Notes under the pieces: model-generated
The model's database searches: none
Told to the model about the DNA's origin: nothing
Seen by the model: the letters and a program-made list of their open reading frames with translations, nothing else
Shown: positions 29,742 to 40,326 of the stretch, piece after piece
How the letters are laid out: every line of letters begins with the position of its first letter
How positions within the stretch are numbered: the stretch's first letter is position 1
Translations under genes and position numbers: made by a program
Assembly (NCBI GenBank): GCA_046294625.1
Contig: JBKBKN010000004.1
Coordinates: 69,982 to 133,981, forward strand
Source: Flavobacteriales bacterium
GTDB taxonomy: Bacteria; Bacteroidota; Bacteroidia; M30B66
DNA: 64,000 bases
Direction of reading: 5' to 3'

Positions 29742-31646
29742 TTACTGAACTTCGATAACTTTAAATTCAGTTCTACGGTTCATTTGGTGCTGATCTTCGC
29801 TGCATGACTCACAAGGATCGCACTTCACACGTGGCTCAGATTCTCCATAACCTTTGAAAGTTAAACGCTTAGCGTCAATTCCCCTCAGCGTACAATATTT
29901 AACAACTGATTTAGCTCTGCGCTCTGAAAGATTCTGGTTGTAAGCATCAGAACCACGACAATCGGTATGAGAACCCATCTCTACGCGATACTTAGGGTTA
30001 TCTGTCAATAGCTTTACTAATTTATCAAGTGAAGGCATTGCATCCGGACGTATATCAGCTTTGTCATAGTCGTAGAAAATGTCTTTAACCTCTATTCCTT
30101 TTCCTGGCTCAAATTTCTCAAGTTCCAAATCAACAGTGAAGGTCTCAGATCTTGTTTTTCCTTTAGTAGAGATATCAACACTGTTAGACAATGATTGGTT
30201 GTCGTCGCTTGTAGCATTTATAGTATAATCAAAACCTGGCTTCATAATAAATGAATAGCGACCTTGATTATCAACTCTGATCGATTCTTGTTCACCAGTG
30301 GTTTTATTTAAAAGGATAGCACTTGCTCCCTGATATGGATTATTAGTTCCTTTTTCTCTCACCATTCCTTGAACAACTAATCTTGGTCCATTGAAAACAA
30401 CTTCAAACAGCTGATCAGAACCCAAACGAGATGATGTTATTAAACCAACTTTACCTTCTTCATCAAAACTAAAAGAGAAATCGTCTCTGGATGAATTAAT
30501 TGGGTATCCAAGGTTTTCAGGTTGTGACCATTGACCATTTCTGTAAACAGTGCGGAACACATCAAAACCACCCAGGCCAGGATGTGTATTCGAAGAGAAA
30601 TAAAGTGTATCCTGCCCCCCAGCCATTGGAAACAATTCTTTGCCAGGTGTATTGATTACAGCTCCAAGATTTTGCGGTTCCGACCATGAAGATCCGTTCC
30701 AACTTGACATATAAATATCTGTTTCTCCTATTCCACCCGGCTTATTTGATGAGAAGAATAAAGTTTTGCCATCTTTGGAAATAGAAGGGTGACCAACTGA
30801 ATAATCATCATTATTGTAAGGAAAATTTTCAGGATTTACCCAATCTCCACCCTCTAATGAAAGCTTTACGATGCTAAGCGTAGCTTCATTGTCTTTGTTA
30901 CGCTTGATTTTTCCCTTTTCCTGATTTGTACGAGTAAAGTACATGGTTTTACCATCAGATGAAACAGAAGCAAATGCATCATGGAAAGTACTATTTACAT
31001 CTCCGCTCAATGGTGCAGGTGCGCTCCATTTACCTGAGCCTTTGTCTTTCTTAGTGAAATACAAATCATAATAGCTATTACCTGTAGCTGGATCACGCAT
31101 TTTCAACCCTTTGCCTTGAGCAACACTTTCGCCGGTGAAAATGTACCCAAAATTGTATGGCGCTGCTCCAGATGCGGAAACAAGCCCGCTAAGATCAACT
31201 CTGTTTAGAGTCCACTGAACAGTATCATCCTTAAATTGATTAGGGTTCTTTGCTGCATCAATTAATCCTTGAACATACTTTGCATCTGGATTAGCTTTCA
31301 GATAAGCTTCTAATGCTGATTGTGCCTCAGCATATTTTTTATTCTCCATCAGCACACGTCCATAATGATAATTGAGCATTGGATCCGCATCTTGAGTGTC
31401 TAAAGCTTTCTTATAAGCAGTTTCCGCTTTCACCGGATTATTGGTCATTCTGTATGCATCGCCAAGTTTTGCCTGCACAGAAGGATTATCACGCTTCGAA
31501 AGAGCTTTCTCGTATCTCTCTACAGCGTCAGCATAGGCAAGTCGGTCAAATTTTTTATCTCCTTGTCTTACATACATGTTGGCGCAACTGCCCAGAAATA
31601 GACTGATGCCAATCAAAAAAACAGGGTAGGATTTTCTCATTTTCAT
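29742..31646 (-). CDS. OmpA family protein with TPR and TolB-like beta-propeller repeats
   Basis: Lipoprotein signal (LGSC). TPR-like N-terminus. Repeated FFSSN/YFSSN propeller motifs. C-terminal OmpA domain ...HTDCRGSDAYNQNLSERRAKSV... Confidence 0.88.
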   Translation of the reverse strand: MKMRKSYPVFLIGISLFLGSCANMYVRQGDKKFDRLAYADAVERYEKALSKRDNPSVQAKLGDAYRMTNNPVKAETAYKKALDTQDADPMLNYHYGRVLMENKKYAEAQSALEAYLKANPDAKYVQGLIDAAKNPNQFKDDTVQWTLNRVDLSGLVSASGAAPYNFGYIFTGESVAQGKGLKMRDPATGNSYYDLYFTKKDKGSGKWSAPAPLSGDVNSTFHDAFASVSSDGKTMYFTRTNQEKGKIKRNKDNEATLSIVKLSLEGGDWVNPENFPYNNDDYSVGHPSISKDGKTLFFSSNKPGGIGETDIYMSSWNGSSWSEPQNLGAVINTPGKELFPMAGGQDTLYFSSNTHPGLGGFDVFRTVYRNGQWSQPENLGYPINSSRDDFSFSFDEEGKVGLITSSRLGSDQLFEVVFNGPRLVVQGMVREKGTNNPYQGASAILLNKTTGEQESIRVDNQGRYSFIMKPGFDYTINATSDDNQSLSNSVDISTKGKTRSETFTVDLELEKFEPGKGIEVKDIFYDYDKADIRPDAMPSLDKLVKLLTDNPKYRVEMGSHTDCRGSDAYNQNLSERRAKSVVKYCTLRGIDAKRLTFKGYGESEPRVKCDPCESCSEDQHQMNRRTEFKVIEVQ

Positions 31647-31666
31647 AATTTTCTATTGAGCAGTTA

Positions 31667-32581
31667 TTAAAATAATCTAGGGTTTCTAACTTTAGTAATT
31701 TTTGCACCGAAATCATACGCTAACATGATTTCATGAGAGCCACCTGAATAATTTCTGATAGGTGTGGTGGTAGCGTCGTAAGCATAACCAATTCTCAAAT
31801 TGGGTGTAATTTGAATATCAAAAATACCAACGATTGCGTCACCTGTGCGATAAGATGCGCCTATCCAAAATCTATCCCATAGTAGGAAATTTGCATTAAT
31901 ATCAGCCTGCAAAGGTGCACTTGGCTCATATTTGATAAGTGTTGATGGCTTGAACTTTACTTTGTCACTTAAATCAAACACATAACCTGTATTGAAGAAA
32001 AAGTGACGTGTATACTCCCTCATGTTTGCACCACTTACTGCATACAATGTTGGAATAGAAAGACCTGCAAAGAATCTGTCTGTGTAGTAATAAGTACCAA
32101 AACCAAACTTTGGCACCCAAAAACTCTCATTATTTTGATAAAGCGGATCATTCAAATCCACATTCACCAATCCATCACGGTTAAATGTTTCATTGGAAAT
32201 GCCAGCTCTAAGCCCAAAAGACAATTTGCCGGGTCCAAGCTTTACATGATATGAATAGTTTGCAAGAATGTCTGTGTTCCCTAATAATCCAATTCTGTCA
32301 TTGATTACAAGAAGCCCAAGACCCATGCTTTGATTGGCAATTGGAGCATCAATTGCAAACAGATTGCTTCGAGGCGCACCGTCAAAGTTAACCCATTGTG
32401 TTCGGTGCAGTGCAGTCACATTTGCAAAGTCATGACTTCCTGCGTAAGCCGGATTGAGAAACAATCCATTAAACATGTACTGACTTACCATCACTTCTTG
32501 CTGAGCATTTAATCCAAGTGAGCAAATCATTACACCTATTGCTAAAACTACTTTTTTCATCGGTAGGAGTATTTGGTTCAT
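31667..32581 (-). CDS. T9SS membrane protein PorP/SprF family
   Basis: AQQEVMVSQYMFNGLFLNPAYAGS is the family N-terminal signature. About 300-aa beta-barrel. Lies immediately downstream of a type-B CTD cargo gene. Confidence 0.9.
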   Translation of the reverse strand: MNQILLPMKKVVLAIGVMICSLGLNAQQEVMVSQYMFNGLFLNPAYAGSHDFANVTALHRTQWVNFDGAPRSNLFAIDAPIANQSMGLGLLVINDRIGLLGNTDILANYSYHVKLGPGKLSFGLRAGISNETFNRDGLVNVDLNDPLYQNNESFWVPKFGFGTYYYTDRFFAGLSIPTLYAVSGANMREYTRHFFFNTGYVFDLSDKVKFKPSTLIKYEPSAPLQADINANFLLWDRFWIGASYRTGDAIVGIFDIQITPNLRIGYAYDATTTPIRNYSGGSHEIMLAYDFGAKITKVRNPRLF

Positions 32582-32606
32582 TTATGGTGTTTTTTTCAAA
32601 TTAAAA

Positions 32607-35600
32607 TTATCTTCTTAAGTCAACATATCCTGTAATTGTATCGAAGCCGTCAACTTCGAGAATAATAAAATAAGTTCCCTCTGGTAAGTTCTCGCCGTTA
32701 TTGTTTACTCCTACCCAATCATTGGCATAGCCTCGCTGCTGGAAAACAATGTTACCCCAACGATTATACACTGTCAACGAATTTGATGGATAGCCTTCGA
32801 GACCTTGAACAACAAAACGATCGTTGAAACCATCACCATTTGGTGTAAATCCATTTGGTACAACTAAGCCTTTTGGCGCTGTTAATGTAATGCTTAATTC
32901 CACACTGCAACCTACAGCATCTGTGATAGTCACAGAATAGGTACCTGCAGGAAGATTTGAACGATCCGATGTTACTATCGATGAATTATCAGACCAAGCG
33001 TATGTAAATTCAGGAATTCCGCCACTTACGGTTGTTGTAATACTTCCATCGCTTCCACCAATAGTGCTGACATTAAACCCATTATTGTAAAGCGGACTGT
33101 TGATTGTTGCATTAATAGTAGGAGACTGAATAATATTAATAAAACCAGTTGCTTGACAGCCATTTTGATTCGTTCCGGTTACGAAATAAGTACCAGGTGA
33201 CGTCACAACTATTGATTGACTTGTTTCACCTCCAGGGAACCAAGAATATAAAACATAGCCAGCGTTTGCTGTTAATGTAATGTTAATAGGATCATTTCCA
33301 CATACGATGGTATCGCTGTCTGCAGTAATGACAGGAACAGGATTCAATTTAACCGTGATATTTACTATTGTAGACAATGAAGAACAACCTGCCGCATTAG
33401 TTACTTGTACTTGATAGCTTCCGGGAGTGTTGGCACTCACAGAAGGAGTTGATAAATTAGAAGGTGTACCATCAATAATCCATGTGAAATTTGTAGTCGC
33501 ACTTGAAGTAAGTGTAACAATATCACCTTCACAAAGGTCGGTAGGCCCATTCAAGGAGATGGTTGGTTGTGGAGGATTAGCTACCACAGAAACAGTTGTT
33601 GCTACTGGCTCGCTTTCACAACCAGCCTGATTCGTTACCACCAATGTGTAAATACCTGCTTCTGAAGCTGTGATAGTTTGTGTATTAAGTGTAGCCGAAG
33701 GTGTTGTCCACTGATATGAGGTTGCTTCACCGGCTGTTAAAGTAACCGTTTCACCCTCGCAAATGGTTTGATTACCAGATGGTGTAATTGTTGCTACAGG
33801 GGCATCAAGTATGGATACATTAATGACGTTTGAAAATGCAGTGCAGGTTCCATCAGATACTGAAGCCGTGTAGGCGCCTGGCTCTGTAACCAAAATGCTT
33901 AACACATTTTCAATACCATTGCTCCATGTGACACCTTCACCTATGGTTGATGTAAGTATTACACTTCCACCTTCACAGAATATCGTGTCGCTCTGAGCAG
34001 AAATAATTGGTGCCACAGGAAGCGGCAGTACAGCAACATTTACTGTATCTGTTATTTCGCAGCTGTTGGCATTGGTTATGGTTACAAATACTGACGTGTT
34101 TGTGGAAACAGAAACAATAACAGAAGGCTCATCATTGGGTCCTACTATGGCAGAAGCTGGTCCCCATGAATAAATAGCGCCCGATACATTTGCAGCTTCC
34201 AAGGTAATGGTCTCATTTTCACAAACACTAATTTCTCCGGGTAATCCTGAATTAACAACCGGCAACACAGTAATGACAATTGTGTCTACTGACACACCGC
34301 AGTTATTGGTTCCTGTAACTGTGTAAACAGTTGTCACGGGCGGACTGGCTATGGGATTGGAAATAATCGTACCAGTTAGTCCAATTGAAGGACTCCACAC
34401 ATAACTATCGGCGCCGCTGGCTTGCAATTGGGTAGAAGAACCTTGGCAAATAGTCACATCAGCTCCAGCATTTACATTTGGTAATGGCGAAGCTTCAATA
34501 TCAATCGTATTAGACACCGCTGTGCATCCAAACTCGTTCGTAACTGTTACAAAATAAGAGCCTGAAGTGTTGACAGTGATAACAGCTGTCGTCTCTCCAC
34601 TTGGCGACCAAACAATGCCATCTGATACACTTGAAGTTAAAATCACTTCATCGCCTGGACAAATAATCAATTCTCCTTCCGCCGTTATCACAGGCACTTC
34701 AGGATTAGGATTAACTGTTAATGTTACCTGACCGATTAATATGTTACCTTCACAGCTAGGATTGGACTGAGATACCAAAGAAACCAAGGTGTAGGTAGTA
34801 GTAGTATTTGGATTCACATCGAAGCTAAACGTATTTTGATTGAATCCGGTTACATTAACATTCGTTATTCCATCGAAATAGGTGAAGTCGAATGGCGCTT
34901 GACCAATCAAACTTATAGTAACCGTAGCAGACTCACCTTCACATATTTCATTATTGTTTATAGTGATTTCACCTGAAGGCGCATCATCTAAAATTAGATT
35001 GACGCTCTCTGAAACTTCACAATTGGCTCCATCTGTCAATTCAATTAGATAGATACCGGCAGATAAGCCAGTAACATTCAAGTCAGAAATGGGGTTGCCA
35101 TTTAGGGAAATTACAACCGGATCAGTAGCATTACTAAAAGAAATTAAGATGCTACCGCTAGCAGGATCATCACAAGTTGGATTTTCTGATATAATTTCCA
35201 ATATAGGTTGATTCGGATTTGAAATAGTAACACTTGTATCAGCAGAACAGCCATTGGCATCCGTTACAGTTACTGTATAAACTCCGTCGGCTAAGCCAGT
35301 AATGGTTGCTGTGGTTTCGTTGTTAGACCACAATATGCTAAACGGTTCAGTTCCTGAAAGTATGGTAACAGTGGCTGTTCCATTTGATTCATTACAGTTT
35401 TCATTGTCTGTGGATGTGGCAGCAATTTGCACAGATGGTGAACCACCAATGATAACATTTACCGTTGTTGAACAATCATTAATATCGGTAATGGTCACTG
35501 TATATTCCCCTTCGCAAAGCGCATTCTGCTGTGCACCACTCAAGCCATTGCTCCACTCAATAGTAAATGGACCTTGACCGGAGGTTACATTAATCTGGGC

Positions 35601-38600
35601 AGTTCCATTACATAGTCCGCAGCTTGCATCCGTTGAAAAAACTTCTGCTTCAACATCGGATGGGCCTTCGGGAACTACAAAGGTTAATATATCAACACAA
35701 TCGTTTGCATCTGCTATAGTAGCAACATAGGTACCAGCTGGAATATTTGACAATACTAAGCCAGTAGAATTATTAGGATCATTCCAGGATACAGTAAATG
35801 GCCCTGTTGTACCTTCTATAACAAGTGTAATAGAACCCGTGTTAGCACCGCACGAAGGGGCTTCAATTGTTTCAGTAACCTCGAAGTCTACTACATTACC
35901 AACAGCCACGTCTAAAGAATCAACGCAGCCATCTTTCTCAAATACCACAATTCGATAAAGACCAGCGGCTAAACCTTCAATATCTTCATCAAACGCGAAA
36001 GGTTCAGATTCTCCGACTACAAACCATGATACCAATGGTGCACCAGATCCACCGATAATGGTAATATCAATTTCACCGTCTTCTAAACCACAGGTGGCAG
36101 GAAGAACGGTAGCTGTAATTTCAAAGTTAATTTCGTTTTCTAATAGGAATTCGCCCGTGAGTTCGCAGCCTGCGGCGTCCACTATAGTGTATTCATACAA
36201 ACCTGCATTTATTTCTTCAAGAACCGGCCCGTTAAATTCCGGTGGGAAGCCTGTCCATATAATTTCATAAGGTTCAACTCCACCGCTCACGATCAAAGTA
36301 ATGCTTCCATCATCAAAACCACAAGAAGGATTTTGTGCAATTACATCAACCAAAATAGCTGAACCATTATCTTCAAGCGTGGCCGAAGCAATTGCAATAC
36401 AATTGCCAGCGTCTGTAACAGTAACTGTGTATTCACCAGGTCCTAAATCAGTGATTGGATTATCCGTTGAGCCAGTATTCCACAATATATCAAATGGCGC
36501 CTGACCACCAATAAATGAAATATTGATTGAACCGTTTGCTGCTCCGCAAGTTGGCTGAGAAACTTCTAAGATTAATTCAGGTGCTTGTGAATTCTCCAGA
36601 CAGAAAGATGCACTAGCTTCACATCCATTTTCATCCTGAATATCGACTGCGTAGCAACCTGCAGCAAGTCCCCCAATTGTTACATCAGTAGATCCATTCT
36701 CCCAAAGCACTGTAAAATTACCTGACCCGTTAACCACATCTATTGTCAATGAACCATCTTCTGATCCACAACCAGGTTGCTGACTTGCTACAAGAACAAT
36801 CTCAGGTTGATCGGCATTTTCAATAGTTATGGTTTCGGTAAACAAACATCCCGCACCATCAAATCCTGAAATTACATAAGTACCAGCTTCGAGCGTGTTC
36901 AAAGTGAGTGTTCCGCTTGCAAATGGGGCATCGTCTTTAGTCCAGTTTGAAGTAATAGGTGCAACTGCATTGGTTAGTGTCACACTGATTGATCCAGTTG
37001 GAACACCGCATGAAGATGGTTGGGAAACAAAACTAACTTCAATTGCCAGGCTCGGTTCAATTGTGTAACTGCCTTCCACAACACAGTTTTTAGCATCAGT
37101 TAATACAAAACTGTAGTCTCCTGGCGCTAAACCAAATTGGTCGATTGTTGTGAAACCATTATCCCATTCGATCGAGAATGGCTCAGTGCCGCCAGTTATA
37201 GTTAAATCAATAATTCCATTATTGTTTCCGCAGCTTGTGTTCACTACAGTAGCAGAAACTTCTGGCACATTTATATTAGTAACAGTAGCTGAACCTGTCA
37301 CAATACAGCCTGCAGCATCGGTTACGGTTACTGTGTAGGAACCTGGAGCCAAAATGCTACCCGTGTTTGCTGTGGTTATGGCACCTGGCTCCCAAAGAAT
37401 AGAAAAATCAGGCGTACCGCCAATGATATTAACGAAAGCCGACCCGGTATCTACATCACAAGCTGTGTTCACCGAGGTGATTTCGAGTTCAGGCAAATTT
37501 TCAAACTGTAGGTCAAAATTCAACGTTAGTAAACAAGTTTCATCCCCGCTGTCAGTAATTGTAACTTGATATGAACCCACAGCCAGTTCTGTGCGATCGG
37601 ATGTAGTTGGCCCGTCGCTCCAGCTGAAGGTAAATGATCCGGTACCTCCAGTCACAATAAGAGCGATACTTCCATTTTCTTGACCGCAATCAGGGTTAAC
37701 AACTGTTTCTTGAACTTCAACAGGTACAACTTCGTTGATGCTAGCCTCTAATGAGTCAATACAACCAGCAGCATCAGTAACAATTAATTTATAAGTGCCA
37801 CCACCCACATTAGTCAAGTTTTGAGTGGTAGTATTAAGAACGTCATTCCACAGGAAAGTGAATTCAGGAGTTCCGCCAACAGGATTTGGTACGATAATAC
37901 TCCCACCTTGAGGCTCCAAACAAGTAGGTTGAATCACTTCAGGCACGCCAAGTGTAAACGCATTTTCATTTTCAATCAAAAATGATTCTGAAATTTCACA
38001 GCCATTTTCGTCAGTTATTGTAACTGTATATGAACCGGCTTCAAGGCCCGTTAAAGGCAAACCGGTTGCGCTATTTGACCATACAATGGTAAACTCAGGC
38101 TGACCTCCTGTGATTGTGAAATTGATGGAGCCATCATTGTTACCGCAAGTTGTTTGATCAATGATTATATTCTCAATTTGTGGACCATCTTCAAGAATTA
38201 TCGCCTGTGAACCAGCAACTTCACATCCAGCTGCATCCACAACTGTTACGGTGTAGCTGCCCACCGGTAAGTCGTTTACTGTGGCCGTTTGTGCCGATCC
38301 GGCATTTGCTCCCCACTGAATATCAAAAGGTGGAGTTCCTCCGATAATATTTACGGTGATGCTTCCTAATAGATTAGAGCAAATTGCATTCGTTACATCA
38401 AATGTTAATGAAGGTTCATTTTCATTTTCCAAGGTAAATGTTTCAGATGAAAAACAACCTGTAGCGTCGGTTACAGTTACAGTGTAAGAACCGGCTTCTA
38501 ATCCGGAAATATTTTGTGTAATAGCATCGTTAGACCAAACAAAAGTATATGGTGTTGAGCCACCACTTACTGCGATGTTAATTTCACCTCTTGGATCGTT

Positions 38601-40172
38601 GCAAAGTGGCTGCACATCGCTCTCTAAAGTTATAGTAGGATTCTCACCGGGTGTAACATCAGTAGTTCCGGTATTCTGGCATTCTCCATCTGGAGATACA
38701 TATTGAACAATATATGAATTTCCCGCTACTAAATTTGAAATAACACCGGTCACAGCATTAATCGTTGCCCCGTCATTGGGTTCTGGATTGAATGAAAACA
38801 CACCCCCTTCTGTAAAACCTTCAACTAAAATTGGGTTTAACTCCGTAATACCAGGACAAACTACGCCATATGAAAAATCTACAATGTCAGAAGGCTGCAC
38901 AGTGATTGTAGTAGTATCGCGAACTTCACAGTTTGGTCCTTGAACAGTGTAGGTAATTGTGTATGTAGCATTAGGAAGGCTATTGGAAATCACTCCTGTA
39001 TTTGCATCAACAACAGATCCATCTCCAGGATCGTTCAAAAAGGCAAAAACACCTCCTGATATCCAGTTGCTGCTCAAAACTGGCTCGTTTGATGTGGTTC
39101 CGCAATAAGGCTCATAAAAAAAGTTGATTTCTGGTCTTGGAACTGTTGTAACAGTAACCGCTCCGTTAGCTCCACCTAAGGTTATGCCACAATTGGTCGG
39201 GAAAGAATCGGTCAAACCTAAGACGGTATATGTACCGGGCTCGGTAACAAATACAACAGTTGAATCAGAAGCGCCGTCAAGAAAAAATACGTTCTGCTGA
39301 CCGCCATCGCTGGAGTAAATAATCTGATATGGATCAACACCCCCATCTACTAAGATTACCAAAGGTAAGGAATCACCTTCACAAATCGTTACTTCCGGAT
39401 TTTGGGGTGTGGTTACGATTAAGCCATTTTCGTCCAAATAAGACAGAAATGTAAATATCGGGGTATTTACTGTGATAGTTACAGGAACTGATGAACTAAC
39501 ACAGCCGTTAGCTCCTGTAACTTGAGTGTAATAATTTCCTGATGAAACTACACCAAGAAAGGGCTGATTATTAATTCCGCCGGGAAACCACAAATTATTT
39601 ACCGGACTGCTTGAAGTAAGAAAGGTAGATGCTGATCCAAAACAAAACTGCAAAGGGCCATTGACATTCACAGAAGGTATCGGCGGCGCTACTTGTGTTT
39701 GTATATTAATGCCTAAACCATTATCAATTGTGGTGGCCGATGGAACCTGAGTAGAAATAACCCTGATGCGGTAATCGGTTCCGGGTGTTGCGGTTCCGGG
39801 TATCACCCCAAAAATGAAACCTTCTATATCTGTACCGGATAAGCTAACGCTTCCAATGTCTGTAGGGATTGTGAAATCTCCTGTAGCATCAGACAATTGT
39901 GCCACGAAAGTATTTGGCGCAGGATAAATCCCTTGGGCTTCGAAATTTACCACCACTGTAGAGCTTCTGCAATATTGCCCAGCAGGTATTGGCTTGGTAA
40001 TAATTACATTTCCTCCTAAAGGCTCATCTAAATTACCTTGAAACATTGCAAAAATCTCAGCAGTGCTTAGGGGTTCAAATGGTTTATCACCCAATGAAAC
40101 AGCATTTGCTAAACTGCTTATGAACAAAAAAAAGAGATATGTCAGACAAATTGAGTAAAAACTTCTTTTCAT
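32607..40172 (-). CDS. Giant cell-surface adhesin with SprB repeats and a type-B T9SS C-terminal domain (gliding motility-associated CTD)
   Basis: Signal peptide. About 17 SprB-type repeats (C..xGxIxxxxxGGxxPFxxxW...G.YTVTVTDAxGC). Ig-like modules. C-terminus ...PNGFTPNGDGFNDRFVVQGLEGYPSNSLTVYNRWGNIVFQ...GTYFIILEV... Confidence 0.92.
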   Translation of the reverse strand: MKRSFYSICLTYLFFLFISSLANAVSLGDKPFEPLSTAEIFAMFQGNLDEPLGGNVIITKPIPAGQYCRSSTVVVNFEAQGIYPAPNTFVAQLSDATGDFTIPTDIGSVSLSGTDIEGFIFGVIPGTATPGTDYRIRVISTQVPSATTIDNGLGINIQTQVAPPIPSVNVNGPLQFCFGSASTFLTSSSPVNNLWFPGGINNQPFLGVVSSGNYYTQVTGANGCVSSSVPVTITVNTPIFTFLSYLDENGLIVTTPQNPEVTICEGDSLPLVILVDGGVDPYQIIYSSDGGQQNVFFLDGASDSTVVFVTEPGTYTVLGLTDSFPTNCGITLGGANGAVTVTTVPRPEINFFYEPYCGTTSNEPVLSSNWISGGVFAFLNDPGDGSVVDANTGVISNSLPNATYTITYTVQGPNCEVRDTTTITVQPSDIVDFSYGVVCPGITELNPILVEGFTEGGVFSFNPEPNDGATINAVTGVISNLVAGNSYIVQYVSPDGECQNTGTTDVTPGENPTITLESDVQPLCNDPRGEINIAVSGGSTPYTFVWSNDAITQNISGLEAGSYTVTVTDATGCFSSETFTLENENEPSLTFDVTNAICSNLLGSITVNIIGGTPPFDIQWGANAGSAQTATVNDLPVGSYTVTVVDAAGCEVAGSQAIILEDGPQIENIIIDQTTCGNNDGSINFTITGGQPEFTIVWSNSATGLPLTGLEAGSYTVTITDENGCEISESFLIENENAFTLGVPEVIQPTCLEPQGGSIIVPNPVGGTPEFTFLWNDVLNTTTQNLTNVGGGTYKLIVTDAAGCIDSLEASINEVVPVEVQETVVNPDCGQENGSIALIVTGGTGSFTFSWSDGPTTSDRTELAVGSYQVTITDSGDETCLLTLNFDLQFENLPELEITSVNTACDVDTGSAFVNIIGGTPDFSILWEPGAITTANTGSILAPGSYTVTVTDAAGCIVTGSATVTNINVPEVSATVVNTSCGNNNGIIDLTITGGTEPFSIEWDNGFTTIDQFGLAPGDYSFVLTDAKNCVVEGSYTIEPSLAIEVSFVSQPSSCGVPTGSISVTLTNAVAPITSNWTKDDAPFASGTLTLNTLEAGTYVISGFDGAGCLFTETITIENADQPEIVLVASQQPGCGSEDGSLTIDVVNGSGNFTVLWENGSTDVTIGGLAAGCYAVDIQDENGCEASASFCLENSQAPELILEVSQPTCGAANGSINISFIGGQAPFDILWNTGSTDNPITDLGPGEYTVTVTDAGNCIAIASATLEDNGSAILVDVIAQNPSCGFDDGSITLIVSGGVEPYEIIWTGFPPEFNGPVLEEINAGLYEYTIVDAAGCELTGEFLLENEINFEITATVLPATCGLEDGEIDITIIGGSGAPLVSWFVVGESEPFAFDEDIEGLAAGLYRIVVFEKDGCVDSLDVAVGNVVDFEVTETIEAPSCGANTGSITLVIEGTTGPFTVSWNDPNNSTGLVLSNIPAGTYVATIADANDCVDILTFVVPEGPSDVEAEVFSTDASCGLCNGTAQINVTSGQGPFTIEWSNGLSGAQQNALCEGEYTVTITDINDCSTTVNVIIGGSPSVQIAATSTDNENCNESNGTATVTILSGTEPFSILWSNNETTATITGLADGVYTVTVTDANGCSADTSVTISNPNQPILEIISENPTCDDPASGSILISFSNATDPVVISLNGNPISDLNVTGLSAGIYLIELTDGANCEVSESVNLILDDAPSGEITINNNEICEGESATVTISLIGQAPFDFTYFDGITNVNVTGFNQNTFSFDVNPNTTTTYTLVSLVSQSNPSCEGNILIGQVTLTVNPNPEVPVITAEGELIICPGDEVILTSSVSDGIVWSPSGETTAVITVNTSGSYFVTVTNEFGCTAVSNTIDIEASPLPNVNAGADVTICQGSSTQLQASGADSYVWSPSIGLTGTIISNPIASPPVTTVYTVTGTNNCGVSVDTIVITVLPVVNSGLPGEISVCENETITLEAANVSGAIYSWGPASAIVGPNDEPSVIVSVSTNTSVFVTITNANSCEITDTVNVAVLPLPVAPIISAQSDTIFCEGGSVILTSTIGEGVTWSNGIENVLSILVTEPGAYTASVSDGTCTAFSNVINVSILDAPVATITPSGNQTICEGETVTLTAGEATSYQWTTPSATLNTQTITASEAGIYTLVVTNQAGCESEPVATTVSVVANPPQPTISLNGPTDLCEGDIVTLTSSATTNFTWIIDGTPSNLSTPSVSANTPGSYQVQVTNAAGCSSLSTIVNITVKLNPVPVITADSDTIVCGNDPINITLTANAGYVLYSWFPGGETSQSIVVTSPGTYFVTGTNQNGCQATGFINIIQSPTINATINSPLYNNGFNVSTIGGSDGSITTTVSGGIPEFTYAWSDNSSIVTSDRSNLPAGTYSVTITDAVGCSVELSITLTAPKGLVVPNGFTPNGDGFNDRFVVQGLEGYPSNSLTVYNRWGNIVFQQRGYANDWVGVNNNGENLPEGTYFIILEVDGFDTITGYVDLRR
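35010..38603 (-). repeat. Tandem array of about 16 SprB repeats (protein level, roughly 70-75 aa each)
   Basis: Repeats run from CNDPRGEINIAVSGGSTPYTFVWSN... to ...GIYLIELTDGANC. They have diverged at the DNA level. A 17th copy lies near 32890-33110. Confidence 0.8.
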
Positions 40173-40197
40173 GTGGCTTTAGTGTTATGTCAATGGG

Positions 40198-40205
40198 CAA
40201 AAGTA
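40198..40205 (-). promoter_or_regulatory. Candidate -7 promoter box (TACTTTTG on the minus strand) for the adhesin gene
   Basis: TAnnTTTG match 25 nt upstream of ATG 40172. Confidence 0.4.
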
Positions 40206-40326
40206 AATAGTTTATGTTGATATAAAAAAATTAAATATGTTAGATTTTGCTTAATTCTTCATATTTTATTGTTTATAAATATCTGTTAACATTTACCAAA
40301 CTGCCAAACCTTTAATCGTCTCACTG

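Noticed and set aside
33427-37569. Several 60-90-aa plus-strand ORFs antisense to the adhesin gene. Similar ORFs occur antisense to the giant gene at 47683-58587 and within rny, asnB and bamA.
   Set aside because: They are shadow ORFs, typical opposite long genes with biased codon usage. They have low-complexity translations, no independent start or promoter signals, and each is fully contained in a well-supported gene.
35010-38603. Regular ~220-nt periodicity that could be mistaken for a DNA tandem repeat or a CRISPR-like array.
   Set aside because: The periodicity is at the protein level (SprB repeats in one continuous ORF). DNA copies have diverged. There are no short conserved direct repeats with unique spacers, and no cas genes.
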